A stretch of 64,000 nt of DNA from an uncultured Treponema sp. (GTDB lineage: Bacteria; Spirochaetota; Spirochaetia; Treponematales; Treponemataceae), in NCBI RefSeq assembly GCF_946531015.1, contig NZ_CAMNAL010000001.1; one strand, 5' to 3'. The position numbers and the translations under genes were made by a program. The first letter of the stretch is position 1. Every line of letters begins with the position of its first letter. Under the pieces are notes generated by a model, which saw only the letters and a program-made list of their open reading frames with translations, ran no database searches and had not been told where the DNA came from. This document shows, piece after piece, positions 18,797-28,300 of the stretch.

Positions 18797-19594
18797 TTAA
18801 TTCAGCAGCACATTATCATTATTCACTTTGATTTTCTTGAAAAGTTCTACTATTGAATCCATGGTGAGCTTCTGCTTTTCTTCGCCAGAAATGTCCGAGA
18901 TAATCTCGCCCTTGTCCATCATAATGAGGCGGTTTCCGAAATCCAAAGCATGCTGCATGTTGTGTGTGACCATCATCACGGTTAGATTGTATTCTTCGGC
19001 AAATTTTTTAGTAAGCTCCATGACGATTGCGGCATTTGTTGGGTCAAGGGCTGCCGTATGCTCATCCAGGAGAAGGAGACTCGGCTTGCTCATAACGGCC
19101 ATAAGGAGGGTGAGAGCCTGCCTCTGTCCCCCAGAGAAGTGGTCAACATTGTCGGCCAGCCGGTTTTCAAGTCCCATGCCTAGAACTTTTAGCTGCTCCC
19201 TGAAAAAAGAGCGCATCATGTTGTTTAGGGAAATTTTAAGTCCCTTAAAGCCCTTTTTGTAACAAATCATCATATTGTCTTCCAGGCTCATATTTCCTGC
19301 CGTTCCCAGCCGCGGATTCTGGAAAATGCGTCCTATGTATTGTGCCCTCTTGAATTCAGCATCATTTGTAATATTCTTCTGAAAGCCGTTTTGATCCGTC
19401 AGCGTGATTGTACCAGTCGTTGGCTTTAAGCTTCCAGCGATTATATTGTAAAGGGTGGATTTTCCGGCTCCGTTTGAGCCTATCACCGTGATAAAGTCCC
19501 CCTTATTGATGTTGAAATTTATGTTTTTGAGGACTTTTTGTTCGTCCGGAGTGTTCGCATTGAATGTGATAGAAATATTTTCCAGCTTAAGCAT
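18797..19594 (-). CDS. ABC transporter ATP-binding protein (no adjacent permease)
   Basis: GSNGAGKS, FSGGQRQ, LLLLDEHTAALDP, VTH. Confidence 0.92.
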   Translation of the reverse strand: MLKLENISITFNANTPDEQKVLKNINFNINKGDFITVIGSNGAGKSTLYNIIAGSLKPTTGTITLTDQNGFQKNITNDAEFKRAQYIGRIFQNPRLGTAGNMSLEDNMMICYKKGFKGLKISLNNMMRSFFREQLKVLGMGLENRLADNVDHFSGGQRQALTLLMAVMSKPSLLLLDEHTAALDPTNAAIVMELTKKFAEEYNLTVMMVTHNMQHALDFGNRLIMMDKGEIISDISGEEKQKLTMDSIVELFKKIKVNNDNVLLN

Positions 19595-19663
19595 TTTATT
19601 TTCCTGCCGCCTATTTTAGAGGATTATGAAAGATTTTGAAAGTATCAGGCGTACAAGTTTACG

Positions 19664-19939
19664 TTACATGTACTTCTGGATTATTTCAAGCACGGTTTGT
19701 TTTGCATGTTCTTTTTCGGCATCGTATTTGAGGAAGAGAACTGACGGATCGATTTTCATGGCATTGCAGAGTTTTAGGATGGTGGAGATGCTCGGTGTGC
19801 GTTTCCCATTTTCAATATAAGCAATCATGTTTTGAGAGACGCCAGCTTCAAGAGAAAGTTCAAATTGAGAAAGATGTAATTTTTCACGTTCCTGCCGTAG
19901 TCGCTCATAAATATGTTTTTCCTGCTCTTCTATCACCAT
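19664..19939 (-). CDS. XRE family helix-turn-helix regulator
   Basis: LSQFELSLEAGVSQNMIAYIENGKRTPS. Confidence 0.9.
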   Translation of the reverse strand: MVIEEQEKHIYERLRQEREKLHLSQFELSLEAGVSQNMIAYIENGKRTPSISTILKLCNAMKIDPSVLFLKYDAEKEHAKQTVLEIIQKYM

Positions 19940-20094
19940 ATAGTAAGATTTTTAAGCAATTTAGTATGATTTACAAATAAATATTGTATTTATTTTATAG
20001 AAAATTATGTGCAATTAAGTGAATTTTGTGTTGCCTTAAAGAAATCTAGTATGTATAATTATTACTATATTATAATTATATAAAGAGAAGTTAT

Positions 20095-20655
20095 ATGAAA
20101 AAGTTCGTGGCGTTTACTTTATCATTACTATTCTGTACTTCAATTATCATCGCACATGTCGAAAAGAAACGTTGTGAAATCTGCTCAGGTTCTGGAACTG
20201 TCGCATGCTTGACTTGTGGCGGTCGAGGAACAACTTACAGAACAACCAAAGATGGTAAAAAACAAAGCATCCGCTGTAACACTTGTAACGGCACAGGAAG
20301 AAGAACTTGCACCGCATGTGGCGGACAAGGTTGGGAATTTGTCAATGTCACCCAAAATTACGCACCACTTCCGTCGCCACCTTCGCACGAACCTCAAAAA
20401 CACAACTGCACAGCTTGCAATGGTCGAGGAACAGTACAATGTCCGTCATGTAGAAACAGCAGCTATGGAGCTGGTAAACAAATGTGTTCCACATGTTTCG
20501 GTATGGGGTACAAAATCATAAATATTCTTACAGCCGAAAAAGAAACTTGTACGGTCTGCAATGGGACTGGAGCGAAACCTTGTGCAAAATGCAATGGTTC
20601 TGCCCGTGTAGACTGTCAAGCATGCAATGGCGTGGGGTATTTTGAGGAAAGATAA
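20095..20655 (+). CDS. Exported protein with multiple CxxCxGxG zinc-finger repeats
   Basis: MKK signal peptide; about 10 CxxC(x)GxG units in two blocks joined by a Pro-rich linker; no J-domain. Confidence 0.75.
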   Translation: MKKFVAFTLSLLFCTSIIIAHVEKKRCEICSGSGTVACLTCGGRGTTYRTTKDGKKQSIRCNTCNGTGRRTCTACGGQGWEFVNVTQNYAPLPSPPSHEPQKHNCTACNGRGTVQCPSCRNSSYGAGKQMCSTCFGMGYKIINILTAEKETCTVCNGTGAKPCAKCNGSARVDCQACNGVGYFEER

Positions 20656-20656
20656 A

Positions 20657-22447
20657 ATGTTTATGAAGAAATGCCATGCTGATTTTTACATACAAAAGAC
20701 ATTCACATTACTGACATTTATTTTATTGTTTATTTCGCCTTGTGTTTATGCAAAGAAGCTTGCTTTCGATGCAAACGGGGATATGTATTACGAATATGGC
20801 GAAAGAAAATATTTTGATGGAGAAGTTGTTAGTTCAAAAGAATTTAGAGTTATCCGCATTTTTTCTGCAATAGAAATGGACGACTTTGCCGTTGTAAAGG
20901 AAGAACTTGCTTCAGGAATCGGAATTAATGATTCCATACGAGAGATTCATGATGATGGTGATATAATGGAATACACTCCACTTATATTTGCGATAAACAA
21001 CGGAAAGGAAGAAATAGCAAAAAGTCTGATTGAAATGGGGGCAAATCCCGACAAAACTGTTAAAGTGTTTTTCAATGGACAAAACTTTGAATTTTATCCG
21101 CTTTTAGCTGCGTTTACACAATTTTCAAATGAGAAAGCCCCAATTTCAATTGATTTCATTATGAACATAGTGAAAAAGGCGAGAAATCTACCAAAAGACT
21201 GTGATGTAAATGTGGGGCTTAACTATACCGAAGAACTTTTAGATTTGTATTTTTCAAAAATTTGCGAACTTTATATTGGGGATGAAGACAGACAGGTAAA
21301 CTGTTTGATTCAGATGATGTCAGGTGCAATGTTCATAGCATTCTCTCACGGAGAGAGCCAGTTTGCAACAGAATCAGCAGACTGTATTGAACAGGTAGTA
21401 AATTTTCCACTTGTGTTAGAAAAACGTGATATATTCTTGCAATGGTTCAAAAATGTTCGTTCGAATTTTGGTGCAGGGTATTCGGGACAAAGAGAATGGC
21501 AGAGAGTTGAGGCTGCATTTAAATTTCTTGAAATGAAAAAAGATCCCCGGTTAAATGCTAAAACCAGTAAAAACGAAACAGTCGCTCATTTTTCCCCTGT
21601 AATTTCTAAAATCATCCCAATGCAAGCAGAAGATGTAATACCAAAGGTTGTTGATTCAAAAAGTAAATCTGTGAAAACAGAAAATACCACCTCAAAGACT
21701 TCTAGTTTAAAAAGCCAATCCTCTGTACTAGCGGAAAACAAAACACCTGTTGTCAAAAAATCAGAATCATTATCTCCTGAAAACAATGCAGTGAAAATCA
21801 TTGATGCCTCTGCGGTCTCAGGAAAGTTCAAGGACAATATCGTTATCATCAGCAAAATAAGCGAGTCAAGTCCTTCAATAAAGATAAGTGCAATCTCAAA
21901 TGACAGTTTTATCCCTATTGGAACTGCTGTATTACATGGATTCGATGACAGCCTAAAATTCGATTCCTCAAAATCTTTACGGTTAGCAGACTATAAAACA
22001 TTCCAATTAGAATCTTCGGATGGAAAAACTTATACCTATAAAGCAGAAAAGAGAAACAATGACTTGATTATTGAGGTTCGCGAGAACGGAAGCGATTTAT
22101 CCAAGCCCGCAATTCCAAAATGGACTGGAAACACCGATGTTTTTTCATTTGATTTAAAATCTTTGGAAGATGAACCTGATGAAAATGTCAAAATTTTCTG
22201 CAATTCTTTGCGAGGCGTTGGCAAAACTTTCAAATTACGCGCTTATGATTCAAAACAAAGGAAATGGATTCTCTACGGAACAGTTCAAGTCAAAAAACAG
22301 AGAAATGACGAGAAAATGAAAACAGAAAAAGGCGTTGAAGACCTTGATGACTACCGCTATTTCGCCATTGAAACCGAGAATACAAATTCATACAAATTTT
22401 ATTTTGAAGAAAAAGATGATGATTTGTTCATTACGGTGAGTGATTAA
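20657..22447 (+). CDS. Exported ankyrin-repeat protein with a duplicated C-terminal domain
   Basis: Signal peptide; YTPLIFAINNGKEEIAKSLIEMGANPD; S/K-rich linker; two roughly 95-aa repeats ending DLIIEVRE and DLFITVSD. Confidence 0.7.
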   Translation: MFMKKCHADFYIQKTFTLLTFILLFISPCVYAKKLAFDANGDMYYEYGERKYFDGEVVSSKEFRVIRIFSAIEMDDFAVVKEELASGIGINDSIREIHDDGDIMEYTPLIFAINNGKEEIAKSLIEMGANPDKTVKVFFNGQNFEFYPLLAAFTQFSNEKAPISIDFIMNIVKKARNLPKDCDVNVGLNYTEELLDLYFSKICELYIGDEDRQVNCLIQMMSGAMFIAFSHGESQFATESADCIEQVVNFPLVLEKRDIFLQWFKNVRSNFGAGYSGQREWQRVEAAFKFLEMKKDPRLNAKTSKNETVAHFSPVISKIIPMQAEDVIPKVVDSKSKSVKTENTTSKTSSLKSQSSVLAENKTPVVKKSESLSPENNAVKIIDASAVSGKFKDNIVIISKISESSPSIKISAISNDSFIPIGTAVLHGFDDSLKFDSSKSLRLADYKTFQLESSDGKTYTYKAEKRNNDLIIEVRENGSDLSKPAIPKWTGNTDVFSFDLKSLEDEPDENVKIFCNSLRGVGKTFKLRAYDSKQRKWILYGTVQVKKQRNDEKMKTEKGVEDLDDYRYFAIETENTNSYKFYFEEKDDDLFITVSD

Positions 22448-22457
22448 CTCACTTATA

Positions 22458-22495
22458 AAAATAATGTTCTGCCAAGAACTGAAACTGGCAAGGAG
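22458..22495 (+). promoter_or_regulatory. Conserved 38-nt leader, copy 1
   Basis: AAAATAATGTTCTGCCAAGAACTGAAACTGGCAAGGAG before ATG 22504. Confidence 0.8.
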
Positions 22496-22503
22496 TTTAT
22501 TTT

Positions 22504-23097
22504 ATGAAAAAAATTGTTTTAGCTTTCTTTTGTATGTTGATTGCCACACATTCTATAATTGCACAAGAAGTATTCAACAGCGTATCTATAGGAGGCTGCT
22601 CAGAATTTTCAAATCCGCTAATGTTTGGCGGAGTGATTACAACGGAAAGCGTTCTTATGCAAAATAAAGATTTAAACTTGGATTTTTCAGCAGAGGGGGT
22701 TTTCAAGCTTGGATATAGCACTTGGGAAGAAAAGTTTCATGGTAACGACGAAAAAGGAACATATTCCGGAATGTTATTGGCTTGCGGTGCTTATATTGTT
22801 TTTAATAAAGGCTTGACAAATACATTGGGACTTCGCTTGGGAGCTGGTGGCGAGCTCACATATTTCAGCGGAGATGACAAAAGCCATATCGGAGGACTCT
22901 TAGGCGGACTCGTTGGGGTGGAATTATTTCCGCAAAAAACCTTCTCACTCGTTTTAGATACATTTCCTTCGTATGCAAGCAAATCAAAAGACTCAGCCTT
23001 CGATTGTCCTATCAACCTGACACTACGATTTAATTTCTGTAATTTAATGCACGGAATAAACTATGCGGATAATGTGGATTATTTACTGAAAGAGTAA
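22504..23097 (+). CDS. Exported hypothetical protein, possibly a small outer-membrane beta-barrel
   Basis: MKK signal peptide; Gly/aromatic alternating strands; NLTLRFNF near the C-terminus. Confidence 0.6.
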   Translation: MKKIVLAFFCMLIATHSIIAQEVFNSVSIGGCSEFSNPLMFGGVITTESVLMQNKDLNLDFSAEGVFKLGYSTWEEKFHGNDEKGTYSGMLLACGAYIVFNKGLTNTLGLRLGAGGELTYFSGDDKSHIGGLLGGLVGVELFPQKTFSLVLDTFPSYASKSKDSAFDCPINLTLRFNFCNLMHGINYADNVDYLLKE

Positions 23098-23153
23098 GAA
23101 TAAAACAGAAAGTTATTATGAAAAAAAGAGAGATTTAAAACTTCTCTTTACAT

Positions 23154-23190
23154 AAAACAATGTTCTGGCAAGAACTAAAATTGCAAGGAG
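23154..23190 (+). promoter_or_regulatory. Conserved leader, copy 2
   Basis: AAAACAATGTTCTGGCAAGAACTAAAATTGCAAGGAG before ATG 23197. Confidence 0.75.
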
Positions 23191-23196
23191 TATCTT

Positions 23197-23493
23197 ATGA
23201 AAAAGATGATGATGGTAATGACAGTATTGACAATTATTTGCGGAACGGCTTTTACTCAGGGAATTTCTCCAGACAAAGCTCTTTCATACACAAAGAAATA
23301 CACTTGTGGACATAAAGAATCTGCCTATACCACAGATAAAGGAAAAGCAGGAAAAATAATTGAAGAGTTTAGCAAATGTGATGCTTGTAAGTATGATGAA
23401 AAACGAAAGAGCATTTGTACAAATTCTCAGTCAACACAGGAAAACAGAGATACTTATAACTGCAATAAATGGGGTGATACATTTGGTTATTAA
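23197..23493 (+). CDS. Small exported Cys-containing hypothetical protein
   Basis: AGGAG RBS; MKK signal peptide ending TAFT; CGH...CDAC. Confidence 0.7.
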   Translation: MKKMMMVMTVLTIICGTAFTQGISPDKALSYTKKYTCGHKESAYTTDKGKAGKIIEEFSKCDACKYDEKRKSICTNSQSTQENRDTYNCNKWGDTFGY

Positions 23494-23525
23494 AATTATA
23501 AATCAATGTATCTATTTTTATATTT

Positions 23526-23563
23526 AAAATAATGTTCCGCCAAGAACTGAAACTGGCAAGGAG
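23526..23563 (+). promoter_or_regulatory. Conserved leader, copy 3
   Basis: 37/38 identical to copy 1; before ATG 23570. Confidence 0.8.
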
Positions 23564-23569
23564 TGTTTT

Positions 23570-23908
23570 ATGAAAAAATGGATTTTGGTGTTGGCGGTGC
23601 TGGCAACGGTCGGAGGAATGGCGTTTGCCCATGATAGACCTGAAATAGAAAAGTTTATCAAAAAATATGAATCTGCTGCTGATGATGTAGTAAGAGGTGT
23701 CGATTATCTTGTAAGAAATCCAAATAATGCAAATGGAGTAAAAAGACTAGAAGCTGCACAGGATAAAATGACGGAGATTAAATGGACTGCTTCGGATTAT
23801 GTAAACGAACTAACACAAGCAGACATGGCTAGAGTACAGGGAGCTAATGAAAAGATGCATAAGGCTGCCGCAAAACTCGAGAACTTTAAGCGAAAAAAAG
23901 GGTACTAA
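23570..23908 (+). CDS. Small exported alpha-helical hypothetical protein
   Basis: AGGAG RBS; signal peptide ending AFA. Confidence 0.72.
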   Translation: MKKWILVLAVLATVGGMAFAHDRPEIEKFIKKYESAADDVVRGVDYLVRNPNNANGVKRLEAAQDKMTEIKWTASDYVNELTQADMARVQGANEKMHKAAAKLENFKRKKGY

Positions 23909-23938
23909 AACATAAGTTTTGAATTGCTTGTTTGTTTT

Positions 23939-23976
23939 CACATGATTAAAACATAAGTCTATGTTTTAATCATGTG
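23939..23976. repeat. Perfect 17-bp inverted repeat
   Basis: CACATGATTAAAACATA-agtc-TATGTTTTAATCATGTG. Confidence 0.85.
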
Positions 23977-24203
23977 TATAAAAACTTAATCTAATTAAAA
24001 AATATTAGGTTTATAAAAAGAGGAACTTTATAGCAGGATTTCTTCTAATTATAATTCGCACATACCCTAGAGAAACTCAAAGTATCTCTGTTAAAAATTT
24101 AGATGCTAAAGAAAGAATTGGATTCTATAAGTATATTGGCTGAATACTTTAGATGAAATACCATTATGGGGGCTTCCATTGAAAGTGTTCTTTTTATTCC
24201 TTT

Positions 24204-24488
24204 TTAATCTTCCGCCTTAACCAAAAACAATTTCGTCCCCTCCCCCTTAAAGCGTTCTTTTACGGCGGCAACAATAGCCTTCAGGGTAGAAACATGCTTG
24301 TCTTCCATATAACTGATGAGAACAAAATTTGTCTCAGGCCAGGTGGAACTTCCCATCTTGTACGAAGTCTTTCCCCGCCCCACGACGGTCGGGATAATCG
24401 TGTACAAAACGCCCGGAATATGCTCTTCCATGAGAGAAACGATTTCGTCCTGCACGGACTGATTTGCGATGATTTCAGCTCTAGTCAT
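24204..24488 (-). CDS. P-II-like transporter-associated protein (PG0541 type)
   Basis: 94 aa; YT.IP.V.GRG...MGS.TWPE.N; downstream of the RND operon. Confidence 0.7.
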   Translation of the reverse strand: MTRAEIIANQSVQDEIVSLMEEHIPGVLYTIIPTVVGRGKTSYKMGSSTWPETNFVLISYMEDKHVSTLKAIVAAVKERFKGEGTKLFLVKAED

Positions 24489-24692
24489 TTTTTTCCTCCA
24501 ATTTTTTTACTCATATGATTCAATGAACTCCCCGACAAGATACAAGGGAACATTTTTATGAGCGAAGTTTTTACAAAATGCAACACTTTTATGAGCGAAG
24601 TTTTGTTACAATCTTGCCAGAATCGAATCAACGCATCTGTTTAGGGAAACGCATTCCATTGAAGAAGAATATTTGCAGAATTGTTCTAAAAA

Positions 24693-24956
24693 TCAGTCCT
24701 CATAATGCCCACGGCAAGCGATTACGATAATCTTATCATCATCAACTTTATACACAAGCCTGTTTGCACTGTCTATTCTTCGGCTAAATCGTTCTTCTAG
24801 ATGCTTTAATTTTTCTGGCTTTCCTTCACCATTCAATGCTCCATCACGGCATATGCTCTGGAGAAGTTTATTGATTTTCCGCAATGTTTTTCGATCTTGT
24901 TCCTGCCAATAGAGATAATGAGAAAAACCGTTTTCTGTAAAAATAATCTTGCTCAT
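24693..24956 (-). CDS. yoeB: Txe/YoeB family toxin
   Basis: YLYWQ..DRK, GEGKPEKLK, SRRID..NRLVY, CRGHY. Confidence 0.93.
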   Translation of the reverse strand: MSKIIFTENGFSHYLYWQEQDRKTLRKINKLLQSICRDGALNGEGKPEKLKHLEERFSRRIDSANRLVYKVDDDKIIVIACRGHYED

Positions 24957-25213
24957 TCATCCTCCATTGCCAGAAGTTCTTCCATTGTTTTTTCAATAAC
25001 TTTACCTTCCCTCAATTGTCGTTCACTCTCTTCAAGCATTTTTAAATACGCCTCATTATTCCTGGCTTTTTCCATCGCTTTGTATTCTTTTTCGGAAAGA
25101 ATAACGACATTGCGATTTTCTTTTCGTGGAATAATTACAGGCTCTCCAGAGAATGCCATATCGAAATATTTTTTTAAGTTTGAGCGAAAATCCATCTGTT
25201 TTGCGATTGTCAT
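24953..25213 (-). CDS. yefM: Phd/YefM family antitoxin
   Basis: DFRSNLKKYFD..., PVII.R, NVVILS..EY; GGAGG RBS before MTIAK; 4-nt overlap with the toxin. Confidence 0.88.
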   Translation of the reverse strand: MTIAKQMDFRSNLKKYFDMAFSGEPVIIPRKENRNVVILSEKEYKAMEKARNNEAYLKMLEESERQLREGKVIEKTMEELLAMEDE

Positions 25214-25230
25214 AGTATGCCTCCTTTTTT

Positions 25231-25280
25231 TAGTACTAAAAACTGTACTATTTTCTGTACTAAATATAGTACAGAAAATA
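25231..25280. promoter_or_regulatory. Toxin-antitoxin autoregulatory operator
   Basis: Four GTAC-core boxes; perfect 14-bp IR TATTTTCTGTACTA-aata-TAGTACAGAAAATA (25249-25280), resembling the TGTACA operators of yefM-yoeB. Confidence 0.7.
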
Positions 25281-25333
25281 CGAATTGGCAAGTGTTTCCG
25301 GGGCGTCGCGCGTAGGGGGAAACTTTCCCCTCC

Positions 25334-28300
25334 TTACTCCTCCGTCAAAAGCACTTCAATCTTGCTTTTCTCATGCTTTTTTTCTTTCATTACAAGCGAG
25401 TACAAAACCGGGATGAAGAACAGCGTTACGAAGGTCGATGACAGAAGGCCTCCCACAACTGCGACACCGATTGGCTGAACCATGCCTGCGCTTCCGCTTG
25501 TGGCAAAACACATTGGGAGCATTCCAAGAACTGTGGTAAGAGTCGTCATCAAAACTGGGCGCAGGCGGCTGGTTCCGGCTTCAAGGCAGGCTTCCTTCAT
25601 TTTGTAGCCACGGTCAATCAGAAGGTTTGTGTAGTCAACCAGAATAATTCCGTTGTTGACGACGATTCCGACAAGCATAATCAGGCCGACTGCGCTGACC
25701 ATAGAAATTGTCTGGCCTAAAATCTTGTAAATAGCCACGACACCGATAATCAGGAAGGGAATCGTCATCAAGTTTATAAACGGGGCCTTAAAGCTCTCGT
25801 AGGTACCGGCCATTACGCCGAAAACAAGGAGAATAGCCATCAAAATAATTAAACCGTAAGTTTTACCCTGGGACTGCATGTTCTGCCATGCTCCGTCGTA
25901 AACCAAAGTGACATCGTCAGGAACAATGAAAGTGCCTGCTATTCCGTCTTTTATGTCCTGCTCCACCTCATAAGCGTTTCTTTCGGTAATTATATCGCAA
26001 GTTACGGTGACGATTCTGGATTGATTTTCACGCTTTACGCTTACAGGCCCCAGACCTTTTTTGACTTTGGCAAAGTTCGCCACGCTTACTTTTCCGCTAG
26101 TTCCGTTCACAAAAATCTGCTCCAGGTCAATAACCTGCTTTCGGTCTGATTTCTGGTACATGAGAACCGTTGAATAGTCCTTTCCGCCCTCACGATAAGT
26201 CGTTGAGGTAACGCCGTTCATGGCATAGTTGATTTCTTTTGCGACAGTTGTGACATCGACTCCAAAGGCATAAGCCCTCTGACGGTCAATCTCAATCTCA
26301 ACCTCAGGAACGCCTTTCTCAATATCAACGGAAGATTCCCCAAGGTCAGGAATTGTCTTCATTACGGCCGTAATCTGGTCTGAAATATCCAAGGCTTTTT
26401 CCAAATCATCGCAGCGAATCTTGATTTTGATGTCGCTTCCCGTCATTTGACCACGCATACCGGCCCTAAAACCGAATTTCGCTCCCGCAAAATCGTTGAA
26501 ATGGGAACGAAGCTTCGTCTGCACAGTCTGGGCATCATCAATCTGCTCATCTGAATCCGGCAGCTTAATTTCCAGAGTACCCCGGTAAGACGAGCTGGAC
26601 GCACCGCTGGTTGAAATAATGGTTTTGTAGCCCTTGATTTCATCTCGTACAATCTGCTCAAACTGACTCATTACGGTCATTGTTTCTTCAAGGGTAGTTC
26701 CAATAGGCAGGGTTACATTCATGGTTACGCTGTCATCCTTACCGTTGGCCATCATGTTCACATTCAAAGTTGTGGCAAGGGCAAGGGCAATAATCAGGGC
26801 AGAAAAGCAAATCACTACTGTAGCTTTTCTGTGCCCGAGAGCGCTCTTTAAGGCACGACGATAGATGGCCGTCAGCTTTATGAGTGGGATATCCAAAAGC
26901 TCATAGAATTTTTTGAGGGGCTTAAAAGTGACGGGCTTTTCATTTCTGTTTGACAGGGGAAGGAATTTTCCGGCCAGGACAGGAACCAAAAATATAGCCA
27001 CAAAAAGCGATGAAACGAGGGCTATGACAACCGTAAAAATGATTCCCTTGAACATCTGCCCCATCATTCCCAAGTCCGAGATAAAGAAAAGGAAAGGAAT
27101 GAAAACGCAGATTGTGGTGAGGTTTCCCGACAAAACCGACATTACCATTTCACTGGAACCAAGAACGGCGGCAACTTTTGGCTTTGCTCCACGGCTCCGA
27201 TATACATAGATGTTTTCAATCATAACGATGGAAGCATCTACTATCATGCCGACACCCAGGATAAGCCCCGTAAGAGTCATCATGTTCAGGGTAATTCCCG
27301 CAAAGTGCATACACAACATCGTAATTACGATAGAAAGCGGAATCGAAATTGCGATGATAATCGTTGACTTGAAATTTTTCAAAAAGAGGAAGAGAACCAA
27401 AACCGCAAGAAGCAAGCCCTGATAGCAGCTTTCAAGCAAAGTGTTGATTGTGTCACGGATTGAATCGGTGGTGTCCGAAATTATTTCCAGTGAGACATCG
27501 CTGGGCAAAAGTTCCTGAATTTCCTCCAGCTTTTCGTAAACCTTGTTGGCAACTGTAACTGAGTTTTTTCCCGACTGTTTGGTGACGCTGACATAGATTC
27601 CCGGAGTTCCGTTGATGTAAACTTCGTTGGTCTTATCCTTGTAGCCCATATAGGCCCTGCCTATGTCAGAAAGACGAACTACATAATCGCCTTTTTTGGT
27701 AATTATGGCATCGTTAATCTCGTCAATGCTGGCAAATTCACCTATCGTCCTGATTGAATAGTCAGTTTTTCCCTCTGTGATTTTTCCGCCGCCAAGCTCC
27801 AGGTTTTGTTTCGAGAGAGCAGAATTCACTGAAGACAGAGTGAGACCGTAAGCCGCAAGCCTGTTCTGGGAAATGTCAACCCGCACGATTTTTGTCCGGC
27901 CGCCGCTCACAGAAGCCTCTGCAACACCGTCAGTCTGCTCCAGAAGGCTCACGATAGTATCCTCTGCAAGGACTTTGAGTTCATCCCGGCTGCGGTTTCC
28001 CCTAACGGCAATTCGCATGATTGGCATTGAGTCCGAGTCCATCTTAAAAATCGTGGGGCTGTCAGCGTCATCTGGCAGTCTTTTCAGGACTCTGTTGATT
28101 TTATCGCGAACATTGTCCGTGGCGATGTCGAGGTCAGTTCCGTAGTTGAATTCCATTGAAATTGAAGAAGAGCCTTCTTTTGATGTGGAAGTGAGGTTTT
28201 TGAGTCCACTCACGGAAATCAGCTGGGCCTCAAGGACTTTCGTGACAGTTTTTTCAACTGATTCCGGCCCGGCATTGGTATAAGTCGTCCTAACCGTAAT

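Noticed and set aside
22458-23563. Integron cassette array (attC sites)
   Set aside because: The repeat lacks the RYYYAAC...GTTRRRY arrangement and the long attC hairpin, includes the RBS, and no intI is nearby.
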